DNA of 64,000 nucleotides from NCBI RefSeq assembly GCF_054482525.1, contig NZ_CM137006.1; one strand, 5' to 3'. Shown piece by piece: positions 54,955 to 64,000 of this stretch (position 1 is its first letter; each line of letters starts with the position of its first letter). The notes under the pieces were generated by a model. It saw only the letters and a program-made list of their open reading frames with translations, ran no database searches and was not told where the DNA came from. The position numbers and the translations under genes were made by a program.

Positions 54955-55200
54955 AAATGCCACCCGAGTATCCATTCAAAAAAAATACGTTATATCGCCG
55001 TATGATAAGTTCGGTGATTAATAACGCACACACAAACTTAAAGAAACCGTAAGTTGGTAAAGTTTTTAAAGTTTATGCAATATCCTGCCGCTTCGCTGCT
55101 TCTGGTGTCATTTTTTTGCCAGCTGTTGCTTAAAAGTTAACTTTACTTCACCATCGGAGTCCTGTTCAGCCTGTGGCTGCCTGTCGGAAAAGGGGTGAGT

Positions 55201-55827
55201 ATGATTACGCTGTGGGGTCGGAATAATTCAACCAACGTAAAAAAAGTATTGCTGACGCTCGAAGAACTGGAACTACCTTATGAGCAAATTCTCGCGGGCC
55301 GTGAGTTTGGGATAAATCACGATGCTGATTTTCTGGCGATGAACCCTAACGGGCTGGTGCCATTGTTGCGTGACGACGAAAGTGATCTCATTCTTTGGGA
55401 ATCAAACGCCATTGTCCGCTATCTGGCGGCACAGTACGGGCAAAAACGCCTGTGGATCGACTCACCGGCACGTCGTGCGGAAGCAGAAAAATGGATGGAC
55501 TGGGCAAACCAGACACTCAGTAATGCTCATCGCGGGATCCTGATGGGATTAGTCAGAACACCACCGGAAGAGCGCGATCAGGCCGCCATTGATGCCAGTT
55601 GTAAAGAGTGCGACGCCCTGTTTGCCCTGCTCGATGCGGAACTGGCAAAAGTAAAATGGTTCTCCGGCGACGAGTTTGGTGTGGGCGATATCGCTATCGC
55701 ACCGTTCATCTACAATTTGTTTAACGTTGGCCTGACCTGGACACCGCGTCCAAATCTGCAACGCTGGTATCAGCAACTCACTGAACGCCCAGCAGTGCGC
55801 AAAGTGGTGATGATTCCCGTTAGCTAA
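55201..55827 (+). CDS. gstB: Glutathione S-transferase GstB (YliJ)
   Basis: 208 aa from [16 protein letters not shown]. Confidence 0.85.
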
Positions 55828-56939
55828 TTGCGTGGGCTAACTTTAAGTAATTCCCCACTGGACTCGTCGGTGAGAACGTATAAATAACCGTCGGGTCCAG
55901 TGCGAACATCACGAATTCGCTGCCCTCTGTCCGTTAAAATACGGCCATCTTCTGTCACTTTGTCGCCGTTGACGCTCATCACAATGACATCTTTATCTTT
56001 CAGCGCGCCAATAAATAATTTTTGCTGCCACTGGGGGAATTTATCGCTGTTATAGAAGGCCATGCCGCTCACGGCGGGCGAATCTTTCCAGTAAAAAACA
56101 GGTTGCTCGGTCCCGGCGACGATCTCCCCTTTCGCTTCCGGTATCTTAAAGCCTGAATAGTTGATTCCCCAGGTTGCCAGCGGCCAGCCGTAGTTTTTGC
56201 CTTTTTGCGGGATATTAATTTCATCACCACCGCGCGGGCCATGTTCATTCAGCCACAGTGCATTACTCCACGGATTCATCGCCATTCCTTGTGGATTACG
56301 AATGCCATAAGACCAGATCTCGGCGCGCGCACCGGATTCCTTTATAAAAGGATTATCATCCGGGATTTCGCCCTGGTCGGTCAGACGCACCAGTTTGCCC
56401 TGTAATTTATTCAGATCCTGCGCCGTCGGGCGCTGATTGTTTTCGCCCAGAGCAATAAAAAGATAACCTTTACCGTCGAATACCAGCCGCCCGCCAAAAT
56501 GGTTGCCGGTAGACAGTTTTGGCATCTGGCGAAAGACGGTGCGGAAGTCGGTCACCTTTGAGAGATCATCACTTAAGCGGCCATAACCCACAGCAGTTCC
56601 GGCTTTGCCATCATCGCCAACTTCGGAATAACTTAACCAGATGCGGCGAGACTGAGCAAAATCAGGCGCTAAAACCACATCCAGCAGGCCACCCTGCCCG
56701 TGCGCCCAAACTTCCGGCACTCCGGAAAGCGGCGCAGATAATCCTTTTCCTGCTTGCCAGTGACGCAACTCGCCGCCGCGCAGAGTGATTAACATACCGT
56801 GATTGTCGGGTAAAAAGGCCAGCGCCCAGGGATGGTCGAGTTTGTCCTGCAGTACTTCGACATTTACCGTTGCAGGAGCCGCCCAGAGAGCGGAAGAAAG
56901 ACAAATAAGGGGCACAAGGAAAAAGGATTGTCGATGCAT
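55824..56939 (-). CDS. yliI: Soluble aldose sugar dehydrogenase YliI (PQQ-dependent)
   Basis: 371 aa with signal peptide. Synteny. Confidence 0.8.
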
Positions 56940-57049
56940 AACGCCTCCGGATTGACTCTGGCTTAAAGCGTAGTCAGTGGAGGAGATAACAAATTTATTT
57001 TTACAAAAACTTAAACATGAAGGGGGAGACGCTTTCTCCCCCTTAGTTT

Positions 57050-57433
57050 TCAGGCCTTCTCAAGCATGGCGTGCTTCTGCAGGCTCTGGATACTCAGCGT
57101 TAAGCTCATCAGACAATTTTCAAGCTTATCGGCGTTGACGGTAATAACAGTCGGGCAATCATGGTGCCCACTCATCAAACATACTGCGGCTGTCGCTAAT
57201 GCTTCTTCAGCATGATGAAGAGCACTCCACTCTTCCTGATCCAGATGAAGATTCAACCGCAGCGATTTATCGTGCAGTTCGCGATTCAGTTTAAAAAAGT
57301 TATCTCGTAGATGATTGCTTTCGCTGACGGACATGTATCCTTTTGCCTTCCTCAGTTGCACGTATGCGGCGAGGTCAACGCGTGCGTCGATCAACCGGTT
57401 CAGCAGATCGATTCGCTGTCTGTCAACGAACAT
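57050..57433 (-). CDS. bssR: Biofilm regulator BssR (YliH)
   Basis: 127 aa starting MFVDRQRIDLLNRLIDARVDLAAYVQL. Confidence 0.8.
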   Translation of the reverse strand: MFVDRQRIDLLNRLIDARVDLAAYVQLRKAKGYMSVSESNHLRDNFFKLNRELHDKSLRLNLHLDQEEWSALHHAEEALATAAVCLMSGHHDCPTVITVNADKLENCLMSLTLSIQSLQKHAMLEKA

Positions 57434-57645
57434 ACTTCGATCCTCCTCTTTCCAGCCTTATTGCAATTAAATAGTATGGCTATTTTTTGAGCAAAATGCT
57501 GTCCAGGATCAATTCTTCACGCCGAATTAACAAAATTTACATTTCCTTCGCCTCCGCCAGCGAATGAGATTGCGATACAAATTTTATCCAGAACTCTGTA
57601 GAATCCCTGCCCTGACCTTTCCTGTAACTGAATATTTTTTAAGCT

Positions 57646-58971
57646 ATGAGCAAAGTAACTCCCCAGCCGAAAATCGGCTTTGTTTCCCTTGGCTGTCCGA
57701 AAAACCTTGTCGATTCAGAGCGTATTCTCACCGAACTACGCACTGAAGGTTATGACGTGGTACCGAGCTATGACGATGCGGACATGGTGATCGTCAACAC
57801 CTGCGGCTTTATTGACAGCGCGGTACAAGAATCACTGGAAGCCATTGGTGAAGCGTTGAATGAAAACGGCAAGGTAATTGTGACCGGTTGTCTGGGGGCA
57901 AAAGAAGATCAGATCCGCGAAGTCCACCCGAAAGTGCTGGAAATCACCGGGCCTCATAGCTATGAGCAGGTTCTGGAGCACGTTCATCACTACGTGCCAA
58001 AACCGAAACACAACCCATTCCTGAGCCTGGTGCCAGAACAAGGCGTGAAACTGACGCCGCGTCATTATGCCTATCTGAAAATTTCTGAAGGCTGTAATCA
58101 CCGCTGCACCTTCTGCATTATTCCGTCTATGCGCGGCGACCTGGTGAGCCGTCCGATTGGCGAAGTGTTAAGTGAAGCGAAACGTCTGGTTGATGCGGGC
58201 GTTAAAGAGATTCTGGTGATCTCGCAGGATACTTCCGCCTATGGCGTTGATGTTAAACATCGTACTGGCTTCCACAACGGCGAGCCGGTAAAAACCAGCA
58301 TGGTCAGCCTGTGCGAACAGTTATCGAAACTGGGGATCTGGACACGTCTGCACTACGTTTACCCTTATCCGCATGTGGACGACGTCATCCCACTGATGGC
58401 AGAAGGCAAAATCCTGCCGTATCTGGACATTCCGTTGCAGCACGCCAGCCCGCGCATTCTCAAACTGATGAAGCGTCCGGGTTCTGTAGATCGCCAACTG
58501 GCGCGCATCAAACAGTGGCGCGAAATCTGCCCGGAACTGACCCTACGCTCAACCTTTATTGTCGGCTTCCCTGGCGAGACGGAAGAAGATTTCCAGATGC
58601 TACTCGACTTCCTGAAAGAAGCACGTCTGGATCGCGTTGGCTGCTTTAAATACAGCCCGGTTGAAGGTGCAGACGCCAATGCCCTGCCTGACCAGGTTCC
58701 GGAAGAAGTGAAAGAAGAACGCTGGAACCGTTTCATGCAGCTGCAGCAGCAGATTTCCGCCGAGCGCCTGCAAGAGAAAGTGGGCCGTGAAATTCTGGTG
58801 ATTATCGACGAAGTGGACGAAGAAGGCGCGATTGGTCGCAGCATGGCAGATGCACCGGAAATCGACGGCGCGGTTTATCTCAATGGTGAAACTAACGTTA
58901 AGCCGGGTGATATCCTGCGTGTGAAAGTCGAGCACGCCGATGAGTACGATTTGTGGGGTAGCCGGGTTTAA
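57646..58971 (+). CDS. rimO: Ribosomal protein S12 methylthiotransferase RimO
   Basis: 441-aa radical-SAM enzyme (CNHRCTFC) with N-terminal MTTase domain. Confidence 0.9.
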
Positions 58972-59017
58972 TTAATTCAGGCCGGGCAAAATCATTTGTC
59001 CGGCCTGCGAATAATGA

Positions 59018-60346
59018 TTACTGCCAGCTAATCTGTGCCCTGCCGTTTTTCTTACTCTCATACAGCCGCTCATCCGCCAGCATTTTCAAGCGTTCGACGG
59101 TAGGACATTCATTTGAATGCGCTACACCGATACTGGTGCTTAAATTAATGCTTCCCACCTGGAAATGAACGATTTCTTTTAGAATCGATAGCAACTCTTC
59201 CAGCGTTCCACCCGTATAAATCACCGCAAATTCGTCACCGCCGAAGCGGTAGACTTTACCTTTATCTACGGGGATCTGTGATTTAAGGATTTTCACCACT
59301 TTCATCAACACTTCATCGCCCAGCAAATGACCGAAGGTGTCGTTGATGTTTTTGAATTTATCGACGTCAAACAGGCACAAATAACCACCTTTTTCCGGCA
59401 GCGCTTTTAAATCTTCGTCAAAGGATTTTCTGCCCATTGCTTTGGTCAGGTCATCCAGGAACGCCGAGTTATACAGACTGTAGAGTTTTTTGACATCGGC
59501 AGCCGAAAAGAAAAGCCCGCCATCCAGTACGCGTTCAAAATGGTTATTAATGATGGCTTCTTTCTCCACAATACCACGATTAATCACTCTGCGTACCAGA
59601 TAGAGGCAACTGACACCCGATATCACTGCCACCAATGCGGCAAAGAAAATAATCAATGTACAGACCCGCAAATAAACATCTTTTTTATACGCAAATACGT
59701 ACAATCCGGTCGGCAAATAGGCGAAGTGCTCCATCGCTTCCGAAACGGTGAAGATGGCGTTTTTAGCATTAAATTCATCACCGGTCACCGGTTTACCGTT
59801 CTTAAACAGAGAGAACATCAGGTTCTCGCTATCCATCGCCAGCGATTTTGACAGTAAAGAAAAACGCTCCAGACCAAGCAAAAATATCAGACTGCGATTG
59901 TGAGTTACCGGATAGAGGTAATAGACGAAGGTTTTACCGTCAAAAGAGATAAACCCTGTATTTTTGACATGTCGATACTTCACAATCTGCATAATATCTG
60001 CACAATAATTTTTCTCGAACTCCTTTACCTGAATACATTCGTCACTGGAAATCAGATAAGGACCGACATCGTACAAATAAGAGGGTGAAACCGAGTCGGC
60101 GTAAGCTGTGCGCAAACCAACCAACAGCTGTTCCTCCGTGGGGTTTAGCGTGTTGATGAGATCAATTGCCACGCTACGCCGATATTCAGCAATATTTGCC
60201 ACCGCAAAAGCAGTATCAATAACGGACTGTTTCAGGCCATACACCCGTTCCTTTACCATTTGAGTGTAGATCCCGCAGGCAACTGCTGAAATCATGATAA
60301 AAATCAGCAGACTGACTGTAAGTACGAACTTATTGATTCTGGACAT
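59018..60346 (-). CDS. dgcI: Diguanylate cyclase DgcI (YliF)
   Basis: 442 aa with N-terminal transmembrane sensor and C-terminal GGDEF domain (RFGGDEF). Confidence 0.85.
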   Translation of the reverse strand: MSRINKFVLTVSLLIFIMISAVACGIYTQMVKERVYGLKQSVIDTAFAVANIAEYRRSVAIDLINTLNPTEEQLLVGLRTAYADSVSPSYLYDVGPYLISSDECIQVKEFEKNYCADIMQIVKYRHVKNTGFISFDGKTFVYYLYPVTHNRSLIFLLGLERFSLLSKSLAMDSENLMFSLFKNGKPVTGDEFNAKNAIFTVSEAMEHFAYLPTGLYVFAYKKDVYLRVCTLIIFFAALVAVISGVSCLYLVRRVINRGIVEKEAIINNHFERVLDGGLFFSAADVKKLYSLYNSAFLDDLTKAMGRKSFDEDLKALPEKGGYLCLFDVDKFKNINDTFGHLLGDEVLMKVVKILKSQIPVDKGKVYRFGGDEFAVIYTGGTLEELLSILKEIVHFQVGSINLSTSIGVAHSNECPTVERLKMLADERLYESKKNGRAQISWQ

Positions 60347-60353
60347 ACGTAAA

Positions 60354-62702
60354 CTACTCTTTTACTAATTTTCCACTTTTATCCCAGGCGGAGAATGGCA
60401 TGGGTTTCTGGTACAGATACCCCTGAGCCTGAACACATCCTAATTTGATTAATTCGCGCGCAACGTCTTCGCTCTCTACGCCTTCCGCAATCACCGGGAT
60501 CCGGTTATAGCGTGCCAGATCGAAAATAATGCGCACAATTTTTCCCGCAGTACCGAAAATATCACCGGTAAATTGTGAGTCCACTTTTATGCTATCTGGA
60601 TTAATTTCATAAAAACGTTTCAGGTTTGACAAACCGGTGCCAAAGTCATCAATCGATATCCGTACCCCTTGTTTACGCAGTTGTTCAATATTGAGATAAA
60701 AATGTTCATTAATTCACTCGATCACGGTTTCAGTGATCTCAACACAGAGGCTGTTCTCCTTCAGGCCATTTTCTTTCATGATGGTGGTAAAACGCTCATG
60801 AAAGTGTGGTTCGTTTAACTGCCAGGGCGAAACATTAATATGCAGTAAGAAATCATCCTTCAGCGACGCACGCTGACTAAAATGTCTGAATTCACCCATT
60901 GCCGTTTTAATAATCTGATAACCCAGCTCATTGATAAACCCGATATCTTCAGCAATGGTAATGAACTTTAGCGGTGAAATGATCCCCCGCTCCGCAGACA
61001 CCCAACGGCACAACGCCTCCGCGCCCAGAATGGCGCGGGTGTTAATATCAACGATCGGTTGATAGACGAGGAATAGTTCGCCAATTTCCATTGCATGGCG
61101 AATATTACGCGCAATCCAGATATTCTCTTCTATTTCGTTGAGTTTCGCGTCATCACAGAAAATAAACTCTGAGAACATATGGTCACGGATACTGGAAATC
61201 GCCAGTTTCAGTTTTTCTGCGTAACTCCAGGCGTTTTCTCCCTGCAAAGGTTCACAAATGGCAGACTTATGGATGCGCAGATTGCGGTAGCCAAAGCTGC
61301 TGTCAAAATCGTTTATCATCGCTATTTTACGGGTAAATGTCTGTACATTTTCCCGGCACAGAAGTAAATAGAGATCGGCATTGAATGTCACGATATCGCA
61401 GCATTGCGCATATTTCTCGGCAATTCGCTGACACAATTTCCTGACGATTTTATTGCGTTCATCAACACCAAACACCGCTTCCACGGCTTCCAGACCACAC
61501 AGTTTGATGATCCCCACAGCCAGATACTGATTATTGTTGGACTCAATAATCGCCATATTTTTAATAAAACCGCTTTCCTGATCGTAAGAGATCAGTGAGA
61601 GCAATTTATTTGACCGTTCAATTTCGGCATCTTTCATTTCCGCGATCGAATTTTTGATGCTGATAATCTCTTTCGCATCGCCTTCGCGAATTTTCAGAGC
61701 CTCGATTTGATCCGTTGAGTCAGGCAAAAACGCCAGCGTATTAACCAGTTCTGTCATTTCAGAAAATTGCCGACGGAACACACGAGTGGTCATTAAATAA
61801 ACCACCAACAATACGATAATAATGAACGCAAACGGCAGATAAAAAAGTTTATCTGATGCGTTCAATAAATTACCGCCAGGATAATAAAAATAGATTTCGA
61901 ATAATGCGTTGTTTGGCACCACTGATGTTTTTTCGATATATTCAGTATCGACAGAATCAATAATATTATAATTACCTTCGCTATTATAAATAATCAGTTT
62001 TTCACGCGCGAGTTGATTCTTGGCAATGATCTCATGGCCTTGTTTCAAAAATAGAACTTCATCATTAGCGCTGATTTGATCAAGATACTCGTTCAGATAT
62101 CGCCAGTTTAAATCGACATGTATTTTATCCACCGCTAACAAATCGTGATCTTTGCCGTTGATGCGTAGCGTAAAAGAGATACATTTTTTACCCGGACGAT
62201 CAAAGCAATTGTAGGCCGGATTCCAGCTGTTGTTAGAGTCATCTGAAGCCACCGACCATGGTCGTTTCGATGGATTAAAATCGGCAAAAATAACCCGCCC
62301 TGACTCGTCGACAAGCGGTCCATTTACTTCTTCCTGATGATAAACAACGATTTTATCATTCGCCCTCCGCGAAAAGAGATAATATTTATTATCATCAAGT
62401 ACCAGTCCCACCGAGTCTAAAAATGGCATCATTTCCATTTTAAGGATCACAGCGCGTTGAATCTCCTCTGTATTTTTTAATAAATACAGTGAGTCCTTTA
62501 ATGTCAGGGCCGAACGTTCAATATCTTTAAAGAAATAGCCAACGTTTTTCTGAATAAGTTCAAAGCGGCTATCGGCACGTTTTACCGCGCGTTCCGATAC
62601 CAGTTGATAGTTAATGATGAAAAAAAGGCCAATAAATGACAGTGCTGCCAATAAAAATAAAATTATCAGCCTTATCTTTATCTTTTCGTATAAACTCAGC
62701 AT
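60354..62702 (-). pseudogene. pdeI: c-di-GMP phosphodiesterase PdeI (YliE) interrupted by an in-frame TGA
   Basis: A 782-codon frame from MLSLYEKIKIRLIIL (62702) runs through the EAL domain to 60354, except for one in-frame TGA at 60714-60716 (minus strand), after which the frame continues as INEHFYLNIEQLRKQGVRISIDDFGTGLSNLKRF. Confidence 0.6.
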
Positions 62703-62879
62703 GTTAATACATTTAACAAAATAACTGTCTGAACGCTGTGCCGCTGCAAAAACAGTCCCTTGCTGCGGCTTTTTAACCAAATTACCCGATTCTACAAAAT
62801 CAGCAGAAAGTTACAACACTTGCTTAGGGCAATAATTTCCTGTGAGGTGATTACCCTTTCAAGCAATATTCAAACGTAA

Positions 62880-63791
62880 CTATCCTTTAATTTTCGGATC
62901 CAGCGCATCGCGTAAACCATCACCCAACAAATTGAACGCCAGTACAGTCAGAAAAATAGCCAGGGCCGGAAAAATAGCGACATGCGGCGCGATAACCATA
63001 TCCGCTCGTGCCTCATTGAGCATTGCTCCCCACTCTGGTGTCGGCGGCTGCGCACCGAGGCCGAGAAATGACAGGCTGGCGGCAGAGATAATCGAGGTAC
63101 CGATGCGCATGGTGAAAAACACCACGATAGACGAGACAGTCCCGGGCAAGATATGGCGCAATAAGATGGTCATGTCGCTGGCACCAATACTGCGCGCCGA
63201 TTCAATAAAAGTTTGCTGTTTCAACACCAGCGTGTTGCCGCGCACCAGTCGGGCAAACGCGGGGATGGAAAAAATGGCGACTGCAATAATCACGTTAGCA
63301 ATGCCGCTTCCCAACACCGCAACAACAGCGATCGCCAGTAAAATACCCGGGAAGGCAAACAGCACATCGCAAATGCGCATGATCAGCCGATCCCACCAGC
63401 CTTCATAATATCCAGCCAACAAGCCCAGCAACGTCCCGATCGCCGCACCGATAAACACGGCAAACACGCCCGCCGCCAGCGAGATTTGTGCACCAACCAG
63501 GACACGGCTGAAAATGTCACGCCCCAGTGAATCAACGCCAAACCAGTGCTGCAAAGAAGGTCCGTTATTCAGATTGTCATAATCAAAATAATTTTCGGCG
63601 TCATAGGGAGCGATCCAGCGTGCAAAAATAGCCACCACAATCAATAAAATAACGAACAATGCGGCGGTCATCGCCATATGCTGACGGCGAAATCGTCGCC
63701 AGAATTCATGCCACGGTGTACGTACCTGGTCAGGTTTGACCAGTGGCATGGCGTTTAACACCGCCTGACGTCGCCAGTTAAATAGTCGCAT
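62880..63791 (-). CDS. gsiD: Glutathione ABC transporter permease GsiD (YliD)
   Basis: 303-aa ABC permease. Synteny. Confidence 0.8.
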   Translation of the reverse strand: MRLFNWRRQAVLNAMPLVKPDQVRTPWHEFWRRFRRQHMAMTAALFVILLIVVAIFARWIAPYDAENYFDYDNLNNGPSLQHWFGVDSLGRDIFSRVLVGAQISLAAGVFAVFIGAAIGTLLGLLAGYYEGWWDRLIMRICDVLFAFPGILLAIAVVAVLGSGIANVIIAVAIFSIPAFARLVRGNTLVLKQQTFIESARSIGASDMTILLRHILPGTVSSIVVFFTMRIGTSIISAASLSFLGLGAQPPTPEWGAMLNEARADMVIAPHVAIFPALAIFLTVLAFNLLGDGLRDALDPKIKG

Positions 63792-63793
63792 CC

Positions 63794-64000
63794 TTACTTG
63801 TACCTGATAGCCGGGTTAATGGCGGCGTAAAGCACATCCACCACTAAGTTGATAAGAATAAATTCCAGCGAGAAAAGCAGAATTTCCGCCTGAATCACCG
63901 GGTAATCGCGCATTTCTACGGAGTCAACGAGTAAGCGTCCAAGTCCGGGCCAGTTGAAAACTTTCTCCACCACGATGGAACCACCGAGCAAAAAGCCAAA
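63794..64000 (-). CDS. gsiC: Glutathione ABC transporter permease GsiC (YliC), C-terminal fragment at window edge
   Basis: Minus-strand ORF ending at 63794 and running off the window; C-terminus typical of ABC permeases. Confidence 0.6.

Noticed and set aside
60714-60716. TGA in pdeI as a selenocysteine codon
   Set aside because: PdeI is not a selenoprotein family and no SECIS-like hairpin follows the codon. A nonsense mutation or a sequencing error is far more likely.

Overview
This window is Escherichia coli chromosome, read in reverse relative to K-12 numbering. The gene order cspD, macBA, ybjX, ybjD, aqpZ, lysO, hcp-hcr, poxB, ltaE, ybjT, ybjS, amiD, ybjQ, ybjP, artPIQM, artJ, rlmC, ybjO, potIHGF, ybjN, rimK, nfsA, ybjC, grxA, ybjM, ybjL, rybB, rcdA, ybjJIH, mdfA, ybjG, deoR, dacC, gstB, yliI, bssR, rimO, dgcI, pdeI, gsiDC is recognised from memory of K-12 synteny and protein N-termini; no database search was run. 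Four stretches are not explained by the K-12 backbone. (1) Positions 1 to about 9.9 kb hold an integrated P4-like / PICI-like phage satellite, truncated by the window start: integrase, AlpA, a divergent ribbon-helix-helix regulator with three palindromic operators, a replication operon with an SF3 helicase/primase-family protein followed by an array of nine GGTGAACAG iterons, an SSB, a ClpP-like protease fused to an HK97-fold capsid protein, and a partial small-terminase-like gene. Two copies of a conserved ~72-bp element sit behind terminators upstream of the capsid and terminase genes. (2) A 2.6-kb AT-rich insertion between ybjQ and ybjP encodes a 599-aa protein with a C-terminal pentapeptide-repeat domain. 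(3) An IS200 copy lies between deoR and dacC. (4) pdeI carries an in-frame TGA that truncates its EAL domain. The satellite and the pentapeptide-repeat island are the best candidates for an undescribed system.
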